Assembly (NCBI GenBank): GCA_030167865.1
Contig: JALAGF010000798.1
Coordinates: forward strand, 1-64,000
Direction of reading: 5' to 3'
Length of the DNA stretch: 64,000 bases
From: Craspedostauros australis
Lineage: Eukaryota
Shown piece by piece: positions 44,146 to 56,357 of this stretch. The translations under genes and the position numbers were made by a program. The first letter of the stretch is position 1, and every line of letters begins with the position of its first letter. The notes under the pieces were generated by a model, which saw only the letters and a program-made list of their open reading frames with translations, had not been told where the DNA came from and did not search any database.

Positions 44146-45136
44146 ATGGGAAATCAGGCCAGCACAACAGGCGCCGTAGAGGGCAGCGGGCAGCAAGAGA
44201 CCCTCCGGCTGTCTCAGGATATGCAAGGTGCGAATCCACATCACTGAGCAGTGCGGGGTGATGCAGTACATGCCATACCCGTACACCTACACGTACAAGC
44301 ATGTCGGATGATCATCACGGTTATCGTCGCGGTTATTGTCACAACGAGCGATGTCTGTGCCAAAGGGGTAGACATTTCGACCGATAGTCGTACACTGCAA
44401 GCCTGCTGTTCCATGATATGATATGATATGATATTATCTATTTCATGCTATCTGCCACGCAATCCTGTCCTATGCTCCATGATGACTGTCCGCCGTGCCA
44501 ACCTACTCACACCCATACTTGCTCTATTCTCCCCGTTCCACATAACCGGCATGTCCGTCCTGGTACATACAATTGCAAAATATTCCGCCACTTCCACCGC
44601 TCCATGCGGATACTCCACGATGCATGGTACCATCCACACCCGGCTCCGCCTACTGCCTGCATGTGCTCGAATGTACAATATCAGCCACCATCGCCGCGGA
44701 CTTCGAGAAAGAACAGATAGCGAAGTTGTTTGGCAAGCAGCTGGAGAACATCGGCGAGAGAAAATCTCAGCGCGTCACCCAAACGCTCGAAGCCAAAACG
44801 AAGCTTCAGGAGCACGCTAAAGCGTTCCGAGAGCAGAATGAACGAACGCATTCGCAGCTCGATCAGAGCATCGAGGCCATGGAGGATAAGCTATCGGATC
44901 ATTTCAATGCCGTTGCCTACGACGCACAGAGACTAGAGAGTCGGTACATCGGCGACAAGGGGCGTATGAGCACTGCGGCCTTGCGATGTGCAGAACAACG
45001 CAGCAACATGGTTGCCTGCGTAAACAAACAGGGAAGCGGAGGCGGAAGCACAGATATCGCGGCTTGCGATGTGACCCTGAAACTCTTGGATGCATGCGTT
45101 TCACGAATAGTCACCGGTGAAGACGGAACTGCTTAG
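44146..45136 (+). CDS. Myristoylated coiled-coil twin-CX9C (CHCH) protein, Mic19/CHCHD3-like; exons 44146..44227 and 44685..45136 (177 aa)
   Basis: Exon 1 MGNQAS... matches MGxxxS. Donor G|gtgcga, acceptor atcag|CC, frame kept (534 nt). Central coiled coil; C-terminal C-AEQRSNMVA-C and C-DVTLKLLDA-C. Confidence 0.72.
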
Positions 45137-45814
45137 AGTATGGCACACTAGAGTGTGAGTATGCACCCTCGAGAGAGGAGACCAAATCAACATCGCAAGG
45201 TCAGTTCCGGCGTGCTGTACATTGCACATGGAACAGGCCGTATTAGAACGTGCCCTGCTCGTCTGACTGGAAGCCACTATTTGCAGGACCCCATGTATGT
45301 TATCTTCTTTCGGAGCATGCTAGAGTGCAACTACGAACACTCAAGCATTCAAGAAGGCAGCACAACCGTCAGAAGCCGACAAGGACTCTGCTTTGGTTGT
45401 TGGTGTGCTGCTGAGTCGTTTGTGCTCTGTTGGTAGTCCCAGAGTATGTTCGATAGGCATGATTCGACATAGAGGCACGTACTCGTGTGGTGCCATACAT
45501 ATTGCAGGCACTTTCCACCGCGCCACTCCATTGTGTGTAATAATGCTTTACTTTTTTGGCCTGCATGTCTCTGGTATGGCTGAGCAGTGCCAGCTGCTTG
45601 GGCATTGTCGTTGAAATGGTCCAGTGCACGTGTAGCAGAGCGTATCTTTTTATCTGTATTTATCATGCGTAGAGTAATCTCCTTCCCATTCAATCAGGCT
45701 CCGGCTACTCTGAGCATCTCCAACGACCAGCTCAAGTGGATGCATGATAGAGTGCTCCTGGAGCCGCAACGCGCTTTGTGGACATGGGGGGCATGCTATG
45801 CTGCTCTGATCACT

Positions 45815-48800
45815 TCACTTCTCGTGCTTCCTGTCATTGTTGTTCTTGTTGTCGTTGCCATTGTTGTTGCCATTGTTGTTGGATGGAGAGTCATGGCTGC
45901 GTTGGCGATTCCCACCATTGTGCTCTCGGCCTCTCCCGTGGTCTTGGTCCCTGCGACGATCGGCATCTCTACTCCGATCCCGATCCCGGCCTCTGTCTCT
46001 ATCCTTGTCGCGTCGGTCTCTGTTGCTGCGAGATCGATCAGGACGACGTCTCTCGTGGTCGGATTCATCCCTGGGGGCGCCGGCGTTCCTGTCGCTGCCG
46101 CTTTTCCTATCGTGATCGCGATCCTTCTCTCTGGCGTCGATGTGACGTCGACGAGAGCGGTGGCGATCTTTGTCTCGGGATGATCGGCGATGCCTATCGC
46201 GGTCTCTGCCCCTGTCGCGATCTTTGCCGGACTTCCGAGACCGGTCAGAGCGCCTCCTGCGACGATTATCGCTGCGCGATCCTGAAACACTTTCATTACC
46301 ACCTTCGGTGTTGTCACGGCCGGCTCTCGAATCATCACCATCGTGGTCATTCGCCTTGTCGCCCTCCTTGTCGTTCGCGTGTCCGTAAGAATCCTGTCTC
46401 GGACGATTCATGGGAGCTTCATCGTCAGATGGTCGCGATCGGGACCTCTCATCGTTCTCCTTGGGCCTGTCGCCATGGGATGCCCGCTTTGATCGTTCAC
46501 CGCCGTAACGCTCACCGTCGGCGTCGTCGTCGTCGTCGTCTCGGTGGCGCTTGCGGCGTCGCTCCTTCCCGTCTGAGCCTCTCTTCCGGTCGCCTCTGTC
46601 ATCCTTGCTTCGTCGGCGTCGATCGCTGTGGTCATCATCGTAGACATGGTCGTTGTCCTGATCGTAGCGGCGACCGTGCTCATAGTCGCGAACGTGTTCT
46701 TCCGGGTATCCTTGAGCATGCTCAAAGCCACGACGTCGCTCTGGACCTCGATTATGATCCCTGTCACGTTCACGTTCACGGTCGTGGTCACGTTCACGGT
46801 CGTGGTCACGTTCACGATCGTTGTCATGTTCGTGTTCGCGGTCGTTGTCACGTCGATAGCGTTCCTGATCCATGTGCCTCGTATCAGATGGATGATCCGG
46901 TGGTCCACGGCCTACTTCTTCGTGTGGGCGCCAAGAACGCCCATCATCATTGCCGCCGCCACCGTTTCTTCTTCCGCCGCTGCCACTGCCGCTGCCTCCG
47001 ACTGATCGCCTGGAATGCTGAGAAGGCATGTCATCACCCATGGTACCTTGCTTCGGGCCACCAGAGCTCTCGTTTATCTCCTTCTCCATTTGGCGCTTGT
47101 AGACAAAGTCGTACTCCTCCTGAGCCTCCCTCTTGGACTTGCCCATCTCCTGGGCGTACTCCTTGGCCTTCTCCGCTTCGACCTTGGCTGCTCGTCTCTT
47201 CTTCTTGGTTTGGAATTCATGGAAATGCCCGCCATCTGAAAGAATGAACCCGAGCTGCTCCGGGTATTCGGGAGCGCGTGGCTCGCTCATGAAGTACCTG
47301 CTGTTGAGGGCCCGTTCGGCAGAGAGACGCTTCTTGGGATCTAGCTCCAGCATCTTCTCGAGGAGGTTGAGCGCTGGTGGCGACATCTTGGTCTGGTACT
47401 TCTTCCGAAGCCTCGGTTCCTTCTGCTTGTCAATGACGACCTCGCGCGTCCTCACCAGCTTGAGGTCGCTGAACCCCTCCCAAGTATTCTTAGTCGGCGT
47501 CCCCATCATGTCGAATATGAGCCGGAGCTGGTTCATCTCAGCATCCCCCGCAAACAACGGTTTGCCGAGGAAGAGCTCGCCCAGGATGCATCCCGCGCTC
47601 CAAATGTCGACCGCTGTTCCGTACTTGGTGGCCCCAAGCAGAATCTCTGGTGGCCGGTACCACAGTGTGATCACCTTGTTGGTGAACTCCAGCGAACTCC
47701 CACGTCTACAGAGTAGGTGCAGGATTCACGCATGCATGGCCGGCCAGGTAATTGTGTCGGTGGATGGGTGGGTGCGTGGATGGATGGATGGGTTGATGGA
47801 GATAAGGAGGAGGTTTGGTGTCATATTCATGTTGGGTGGGAGGGCGAGAAAGGCGAGGAGAGAAAGAGACAAATGATCGAAGCAATGCAGATGAGCAATT
47901 GCAAGGAGACAGAAGGGAGGATGAGTTTGGTGTGTATGAGAAACGACAGCATGTGTGACGATGTATGCGCGTGGTTGGTTGGTTGGTTCGTTGATTGATT
48001 GATTGATCAGTTGGACGAAGGGATGGATGGAAGGGTGAATGGATGGATGAATGGATGAGTCCATGAGTGTCAACAACATCGAGAAGCACAGAACAACACA
48101 TTCGCGGTTGTTGGATAATAGTACGTACTCATGGATGTTATCTAGTATTGGAGGCTCGATGGAGCGTGCAAGGCCGAAGTCTGCAAGCTTGACTCTGAAT
48201 CTATTGTCGATAAGAATGTTCGATGACTTTATGTCGCGATGGACGTATTTATTGTCGTGCATGTAGTGCAGGGCCTGCAACAGCTGTTGAAAGACACATT
48301 TGATCTGCACCTCATTGAAGCGGAACGCGACATCCATCAGCCCTGTGAGGTCGTGCGACACGTACTCCAGAACTAAAAACAGGTTCCCTTTGAAGCCTTC
48401 CCTGGCATCAACACTGCGGCTCTTGCCCGATTTGCCGGATTTGTGCTTCGACCGGCGTTCCTCCTCCTCGTCGTCGTCGCCTTCATCCAGATGCTCAACG
48501 CCTTTCGAACTTACCACCTCCACCATCCGCACGAGGTTGGGGTGCCGCAGCCGCTTCAGGATCTTGATCTCGCGAATCACTGTTGGCGGTATCCCCCAGT
48601 ACCCGGCATGGTGGACCTTCACCTTTTTCATCGCCACGATTTGGTTGTTATCCTTACATCTCGCGCGGTATACCTTGCCGTACGTTCCCAGCCCGATTTG
48701 TTCTATCCGCTCGTAGTGCGCAATGGTCCGTGTCATTCTCATCCAGTCATTGTTGTTGTTGTTGTTGTTGTGATTGTTACTGTTGCTGCTGCTCCCGATG

Positions 48801-48943
48801 TTGTTATTGTTGTTGCTGTTGCTGTTGTGGAAGTTCCCATTGCTGCGGGTGGCCGCTGTGACACCAGATGACCCAGGGGGAAGCATGGGCGCATTCGAAG
48901 ATACGATGGACGGAATCCGCGACCCATCAACGCGGTCAGACAT
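45815..48943 (-). CDS. Transcriptional CDK (CDK12/13 / CDKC-like) with long C-terminal RD/RE/RS domain; exons 48943..48129 and 47705..45815
   Basis: IGLGTYGKVY, VAMKK, PPTVIRE, HRDIKSSN, DFGLAR, T-loop EFTNKVITLWYRPPEILLG after splicing (donor gtacgt, acceptor tgtag), HEFQTKKKRR extension. Start Met uncertain. Confidence 0.92.
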
Positions 48944-49733
48944 GTTTGTCTGCATCTGTGCCTGTCCCTTCCTTGCGTGGAGTGGGTATTCGTGGAGTGG
49001 AGGAGAGGAGAGTTTGCAGAGCGCTCTCGATCGATGTCCGGACTGCGCTGGAGCACATGAATCGTGCTGATGGATCGATCGGTCTGCTGTATCGTGTCCT
49101 CGTGTGCTCTGCTCGTACGAGAGCACAAGTTCTGTTCTCGTCCAGTATCGGTGGCTGTGGTTTTGTGGGTGGGGGAGGGCAGGGTGCGTCCTTCTCTCTT
49201 GTGTGTGGAGGAAACGCAGACGGGTTGGTTGGTTGGTTGGTTGCGACCTTTGCATTTGAGCGGCGGTCTTCGTTCTCGTTGTCACTGGTGCTGCGCGTTG
49301 CTGTGGCCTTTGCTTTTCTTGTTGTTCCTGTCATCGCTGTTTGGGAAATTGGCTGTTTTGGTGAGTTTCGATGGAATTTCGTGTTTAAGCTCTGATTAAG
49401 TACCATAGTCAACTAGTGCCAACGGAATTGTACCACACTTTTTGTTCGTGTCCCAGGATTCTTCGTGTTTGTGTGGCACACAACAATGGCGTGGTACGAG
49501 ACTCATCCGTCTGTCCATCGTACGAAATACGCTACGTAAGGAACCGAGACATTGTGGAATCTTGTGGATGGACATATTTGTTGACGAGCCATCATACGTA
49601 TTACATACGAGAGACGACAACCGATCTCCGATGAAGCCTGCCCTGCCGATACTTCCTGGAGTATGCAAGTCTCCAGAGAGAACCATACGTGCACGAGCAT
49701 TAGCACATAATCTGTCAGATTGATGGTGTTGCG

Positions 49734-51629
49734 CTAGGAGGTGGTGTTGCCGTTTAGCTGCTCTGATCTGATCTCGCTGCTGCTGATGTCGACCCTAAAT
49801 TCGTTCTCCTTGATGATGGAGAACATTGCGCGGATCTTCGTGGGTAATCGGTCCACCTCGTCGAAGCCCGACACGAACTTCTCGGAAGCCTGAACATCCT
49901 TCCGCTGCTCCAGACGGCCGCCCACAATGAACCGCACGCCCTGATTCATCATGGAGCCAAGAGCCTCGAGCATCTCGTCGCGGTCGTTGCCGTAGTACTT
50001 TGGATCGATGAGTCGCACCAGTGTGTCGGTGCCGATGACGAATGACATCATGGGGGAGCCTTCGTGGCTGCCGCGGATCTCCTCCTGCGGGATGCAGTTG
50101 CTCAGAACTTCGACTTTTTTCGAGAACAGCGGAGCTCTGGTGAGCAAGATGCCCCAGTTGGTCGGGAGCTCTTCGAAGCTCAGGAAGGACCGTAACCGCT
50201 CTGATACGACCTCCGGGTCTATGCTCGGTTTGTCAGCATTTGCGATGGACAGCTCCATGAACACTGCCAGCTCTCGCCTGTGAGCGGTCGGATCGATCCG
50301 GCGTTGACTGTTCGTGCGGTGCTCCACTGCCGCGCTCGCCAGCGACAGATGCCCTTGGTGTGGTGGATTGAAGCTACCTGGGAACACTATGCTGCCATGG
50401 GGGAGGAATGAGTAGTGCAACGCTCGGAACGACTTCGCCTTTCCATTCTCGTACATCGGGATAAGTATCACAGCATCACAATCTCCCGATATGATCCGCT
50501 TTGCGGCGTGTGTCGGGACGTCTCTGCGGGGCATGCGTCCGATTGCGCTGTCACTAGTTGCTGCATTTCCGTTGGCGTGCGCTTGTGCTTTCTTATGCCC
50601 TGCTAATGTTGCTTCTTCTTCTGCTGCTGTTGCTGTTGCTGCTGTTGCTGATGACTCTATCTGTTCAGATTCTGAGCTTCCGCCATCAGCATTTCTGCGA
50701 CCCTCACTCCCCCATGGCACCCAGCGTTCCGTCACTTTGTCACCGAATTGCGTTGAAAAGTCGTTCTCGTACGGAGCGACGGCGTCCCCCATCTTGAGTA
50801 CCTTGTTGATCGTGCTCAGAATAACGTGGCTCAGCAGCACGTCCTCGTCGAGCCTGGATCGGCCAAAGCCCCTCGTTTTCTCGCTGGCCATGGTGATGTT
50901 CACAAAGAGCTGGGACCCGTCGGCTATCGTCACAGCCAGATTCCCATGGCCTTCGAACTCTTCATCCGAGTCCAACGATCTCAACGTGGAGGCGCAACCT
51001 ACTCCCACGCACCCTGTCATCTGGCGCACGTTGGAACAACGGTATTGCAACGCCTTCTGCAAGGCAGCCTCCGATGCCGTCTTGGCCGCTTCCATGGATG
51101 CGTACTGGAAATTTGTCATTGCAGGTGGAAGTTGCACGTAATTCTGGTACGACTTCCGATCGTACGTCACGCATCCCTCCAGAAGCACGGAGGACGCGCC
51201 GGGAGTCGCAGCGAGCGCGGAGATGGCATTCCCACCTCCTCCGGCAATGGCCAAGCAAACGCTGATCCTCTGGCTTTTCTCGCGCTTCACGTTGTTGTCG
51301 ACTAGCAGTTTTGCGAGGTTTTCCAAGCTTTCGGCTGAGGCATCATGAACATCGTAGGAGAGGGTGGGAGTCGACATCCCCTCGCCGATCGAGTGCGCTG
51401 CGGACTGCAAGGATGATGGCGCCGACGAATCCCCACGCACGTTGCGGAAGTTATGGATGCCTCGGTGATGGCAATGGCGATGCCGATTGCTGACGCTTCT
51501 CCCCTGCTTGTGGAAGGGACTTTGGTGTTGGTTCCACGCCCCGACAAGCAAGAACAGTGACAGGGTCGATAGGATGTGAAGGACTTGGAAGGAACGTGGC
51601 TCTGCAAATGGAACTGTCGACAGGACCAT
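49734..51629 (-). CDS. CinA/PncC-like domain fused to an HxGH nucleotidyltransferase (NadD/NMNAT-like); possible organelle targeting
   Basis: CLAIAGGGGNAISALAATPGASSVLLEGCVTYD; FPGSFNPPHQGH; ELSIANADKP; FVIGTDTLVRLIDPKYY; FRVDISSSEIR. N-terminal hydrophobic segment then a basic/Ser-rich region. Confidence 0.85.
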   Translation of the reverse strand: MVLSTVPFAEPRSFQVLHILSTLSLFLLVGAWNQHQSPFHKQGRSVSNRHRHCHHRGIHNFRNVRGDSSAPSSLQSAAHSIGEGMSTPTLSYDVHDASAESLENLAKLLVDNNVKREKSQRISVCLAIAGGGGNAISALAATPGASSVLLEGCVTYDRKSYQNYVQLPPAMTNFQYASMEAAKTASEAALQKALQYRCSNVRQMTGCVGVGCASTLRSLDSDEEFEGHGNLAVTIADGSQLFVNITMASEKTRGFGRSRLDEDVLLSHVILSTINKVLKMGDAVAPYENDFSTQFGDKVTERWVPWGSEGRRNADGGSSESEQIESSATAATATAAEEEATLAGHKKAQAHANGNAATSDSAIGRMPRRDVPTHAAKRIISGDCDAVILIPMYENGKAKSFRALHYSFLPHGSIVFPGSFNPPHQGHLSLASAAVEHRTNSQRRIDPTAHRRELAVFMELSIANADKPSIDPEVVSERLRSFLSFEELPTNWGILLTRAPLFSKKVEVLSNCIPQEEIRGSHEGSPMMSFVIGTDTLVRLIDPKYYGNDRDEMLEALGSMMNQGVRFIVGGRLEQRKDVQASEKFVSGFDEVDRLPTKIRAMFSIIKENEFRVDISSSEIRSEQLNGNTTS

Positions 51630-52875
51630 CTCCTCGCGAAGTGACGAGAGCGTGCGCCTCTTGTTCTCGAGTTGGCCACCAGCAGATGCGTTTGCGCTCT
51701 GCTTTTCCCTGCTGTCCTGCTACGATGCGCGAGAATACGATGCACGAGCACTTTGGATGTATTGTATGATTTTCTTCCCGAGCAACCGATCGATCGATGG
51801 CGACTCTGAGCCTGAACGGTGGCAGAGCGTGGCGGAACAACACGAGAGGAAATAGGATCTATTCTAGGATGATTATAGAGGATAGAGTCTGCAAGTGTTG
51901 ATGGATGTGGATACCAATAGAGTGCTTTACTATTTGCGCGATGCCGTCTTTGTCGCATTGGGTTGCTTTGTCATGCATTGTTTCGCGTAGGTACTCCAAA
52001 GTTCTGTCGATGGATGTTGTCGGCTTTCGGTGCCCGCATGGAGCCACGAGGGTTCCTGAATGATGTCTCTCCACTTCTCCCTGTTGCGTGCTTTTGGTGT
52101 GGAGAAATGTACGTCAGCAACGAAGGCGCACTTGTGCAGAGTCCCGCCATGACCGGGATCGGTAGGGGACTTGCTCAGAACGCGACAGAGGAAGATTGAA
52201 AAAGAACAGATTCGTTTGGACAAACTACGAGTAGAGTGTAGAAGAGAGCAATACTCGTTGGCACAGCGTAGCGATACGAGTATGATACACTCAGTATGCA
52301 TTCTTATATCATATTATACAATACACTCTAATATAATCTTAAACGTTCCTCTATCAATCTACTAATTGACAGTCCATGAGTGCAGAACTTCCCGTGCTTG
52401 GATGTACGTGCGTAGCAGTGCTTCCAGCAGTCGTCCTCTACTTCTCTTGCGTTGCAGCGAAACAACTATTGTAGAATATTATACGAGCTACTATTGCAGA
52501 TCATGCTCATCTCAACCAGGATGCCAAAGAACTTCACTCCACCATACTCACGAGTACACACCTGCGGATGTGCTCGCCTCTAGAGAATTGGTGAGATCCT
52601 GCAGGACAGCTGCCTCCACATCTATCAGAGCGTGTGGCATCGGCGCTTGCCTTTACAAAAAAGCGCTGTGTGGATTCTCGCTTGGCGTCCTGGCTGTTGC
52701 CGGTGATCCAGTCATAGATCGTACTGCATGCAGTACTACTATTCTGCACTCGACTATTGGTAGAATGGCTCGCTGCCTGGTCCATTTTTCAGTATGGACA
52801 CTGCAATGCGCATGCGACCCGCACAAGCATGGCAGCCTCATCCAACCAAATTAGATGTCACAGGGCTTTCCTCTG

Positions 52876-52909
52876 TCTCTCTCTCTCTCTCTCTCTAGAG
52901 AGAGAGAGA
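52876..52909. repeat. (TC)n(AG)n self-complementary microsatellite
   Basis: A tctc...ctct run abuts agag...aga, forming a palindrome centred at 52896/52897. Confidence 0.9.
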
Positions 52910-53021
52910 CACTGTGTGTGCGCAGACAACGATTTGAGTACCCACCACTTTACATGGACGAGTATGGTATGGTTTGCTATGGTGGATGCTATTTGCGTGG
53001 AACTTGTGGGGCGAATAAGAC

Positions 53022-54785
53022 TTACTCCGCCTTGACTTCGATCTTGGATCCCTTCCGGATCTGGCCCCAGCCGATGAGACGCCAATGCTTGTCGACACGT
53101 CGCGACAGAGCGATCTTCTCACCCTCTTCTGTGCACACTGGTTGCGTGAGCACGACCTTCGCCAGATCGCCCTTGACCGCGATGACGCGGCCGCCTGTAG
53201 CTGTGGAGCCAATGTTGACCATCAGAATCTCATTCTTCGTGAGCTTCTGGACCTTGGCCTGCTTTCCACCATCGCTCGTCTTGACACCGAGCAATCGTCT
53301 CAGGAGGTAGTACGAGATCTCGATCTCGCAGAAGACGTCCGGAAGCTTTCCCTTCAGCCCGAGGACCTGCCCGACGAGGCGGTCGGCACGGGTGAGCGTT
53401 GGATCGATGCGGGTTCCGACACCGATGAGACCTCCTGGAACGGCGAATTGGAGGTCGTTCTGCTCTGCATAGAGCGAGGAGATTCTGGAGTAGATTGGGG
53501 AGCAGAGCATGGTAGTGTTGCCGTTGCCATCCTCATGCTTCGTCACAATTCCTGGTCGCACCTCGACCTCGTCACCGACTCGCAGCACACCCTGCAGGAT
53601 ACTGCCTCCAGCAACACCACCCTGCAAGTTGCTGACGTCCTGTCCTGGACGGTTGACGTCGAAGGAACGGATGACGATGAGACGCGGGACGCTGGTGAAG
53701 TCTCTTGGCGGCAGCGGGATCTTTCGCACGATGTACTCGCAGACGGCGTCGATGTTGTACTTGAGGACGGCGGATATGGGGATGATGGGTGCCGAATCGG
53801 CGACGGTTCCCGCCACGAACTTGCGGATCTGCTCCTGCTGCGCCAGGGCGGCATCGGGCTTCACGAGATCGACCTTGTTCTGCAAAATCAGGATCTCCTT
53901 GAGCCTCATGATCTCGACGGCTGCAAGATGTTCGCTGGTCTGTGGCTGTGGACAGGTTTCGTTGCCGGCGACGAGCAGGAAGGCGGCATCCATGACGGCC
54001 GCGCCGTTCAGCATGGTGGCCATGAGAATGTCATGCCCTGGACAATCCACGAAACTGACGTGACGGCGCAGACGGTATGTGACACCGGTGACATCGTCAA
54101 TGAACTCATCAGCATGCGACGATCCTCTGGATGTGTAGTATCCGCCTTTCTCGTTCTTCGGATCGCCCTTGTAGATCTTGGCGTTGGCATATCCCAGCTT
54201 GATGGTGATGTTACGCTCCAGCTCGTTCTTAAATCGCACGGTTTGCACACCACTGATGGACTTCACCACAGTGGACTTTCCGTGAGCCACGTGACCGATT
54301 GTTCCAATATTGATCGTTGCTTGTCGCGAGATCTGCCGTGGTGATGAGATTGACGTTGGTATTGGCGTTAGCGATATCGGTAGGTGTTGTTGGTGTCGGT
54401 GTGAGGCGTGTTAGCTTGAGTGCATGAAACATGGCATGACCTGACATGGTCTGAGGTGTAGCAGTGCAACAGTACAACAGCGCAACATCGCAACATGCAG
54501 GGTTGTCGCAAGTTCGACGCATTGATCTGAGTCCAAACAGCCACAAATACGATCATCATCATGAGATATGGGTTCAGGATCAAGTCCAGGACCAACTCGG
54601 CCTCGTGGGTGCGCCAGGCTGGTGCTGCATTCCGCTTCGGTTCGAGCTTCGTCGCACTAAAAAACATGCCATCATGTCGCACTCACCACTTCTGGCGAGA
54701 GAGCAGTGAGCTTGGTTGCATCGACTGCAGAAGCATCCTGTGGCTTCAAATGCGGCTGCTTGCGGCCCTCCTCTCCGTCGCCCAT
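53022..54785 (-). CDS. EIF2S3: Translation initiation factor eIF2 gamma subunit; exons 54785..54687 and 54332..53022
   Basis: Exon 1 ...[12 protein letters not shown]|gtgagt; acceptor ggcag|[55 protein letters not shown]. Confidence 0.97.
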
Positions 54786-56357
54786 GGTTCCTCAACTGCT
54801 GTACTTATACGTGCGAGGTTGTCTTTGCGTCTGCGCCTGCGTCTACGTGCGGACTTGGTGGATTTCGCTTGTGCTGCTTGCGCTTCTTTTCGTGTTGTCG
54901 CCTCCAGGGTTTCGATGGCCTTGGTCTGCTGGTATCCTTGTCTCGAGATGGTCGGTGGCGCGATGTCGTTGTCTTGATGTCGACCTTGGTGTCGACCTGT
55001 GTCGCCCTGTGTTGGGTAGGGTTGGGTGCAGTTGTTGATCCTTTCACCACACAAACAACGTGGGGAGCGCACAGCAACAAGCACAACCGGCAGCCCATGG
55101 CGGGTCGGCCAAACCCGACCACGACGAAACGTGACAGAGGAACAGGAGGTTGGAGATGCACCAGGAACGACAGACAGACTGGACAACCGCCACATGGTAC
55201 CACGAACACAAAGATACCTATTGAAAGATACACACTAGCACTGCCCCAGTCTAGAGAGAGAGAGAGAGAATTGGCGTCCATGGCTCGAATGAATGAGAAT
55301 GGGGCATTTGTGTCTGGAGCTGCGGTGGTGCTCGAAACCATCATGCTGTGAAGATGTTGCTGTTGTATTCCAGGTATTCTGGTCGTTGGTATTGGTGTTG
55401 GTGATGGTCGTTGAGTTTGTGTTTGTGTTGGCCTGTTGGGGAATGTTGTGTTCTTCGCATAGTACTGCATTGCACTGATGGGGACGCTGCAGAATGCTCT
55501 TGGAAAGGTTGTCTTCTGGAAATAAAATGGAACAAAAGCAAAGGGACGACGCAACCGACAAGGAAGAGGTATGCTTCGCTTCTCTGGTAGAGCAGCGTTG
55601 GTGTGTGCCTCAATTGCGCAACAGATCTTCTCACCAATTGCGATCGATTGTCGCAGAATGGGTGTTGGGGTCGTCACGTCATTGGTCGTCACCATGACTC
55701 GAACGAGCTATTTGTGGCAGAGCCGCACAAGCCGCTCTCTTGCGCTCGCGCGCGTACGACCAATACGGCAGTGAGTGTTCCGTAGAGACTGCGGCATCGC
55801 GGCAAACGAGCACTGATGATCGGCACCATGCCACAATGACGTACCAAGTTAACACACGCATGCATTGGTATTGAGGGTTGCAAACCCAAAGGATTCAGAT
55901 TATAAGGATTATTGGATTGTAAGGGACCATTGCAGGACTCTCTATTCTCCCCTAGTTGGGCGATGCCCATGTTCGCATGGTAACCCCATTTTAACCGTAT
56001 TGTATGTATCCCTGCTTGGTACCATCGCCGATGGTCAGACGAACTATTTGGTGTTTTTTCTTGATATTGTACGACTCAGAAGATACCAATCCCGCCTGTC
56101 CCAAACACATCAACAACGAACAACAACAAATTCGAACTTGCGGAAAAGACACACACAGGCCATCGCAGGTGACGGACCCACCGCGGCTCATTCCTCACTC
56201 CTGCGCTTGTGTGCAACATGCAACGTGGCTGTGAGTGTGGCACCATACACTGTGACATTCTCCCGCTATCAGAAGCCAATTCGCTGGAGAGAAAAGTACG
56301 CTCCTCCGCACCATACCATATTTCCCACTGCGGCGACCTGAAGTTGAACGAACGACA

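Noticed and set aside
45778-47247. 489-aa Cys/Arg/His-rich + strand ORF
   Set aside because: Antisense read of the repetitive RD/RS tail of the CDK.
53085-54344. 419-aa + strand ORF
   Set aside because: Antisense shadow of eIF2-gamma, expected from strong codon bias; no motifs.
55864-56090. Possible MITE bounded by ATTGGTAT/ATACCAAT
   Set aside because: Only an 8-bp inverted match, with no clear TSD and no second copy in the window.
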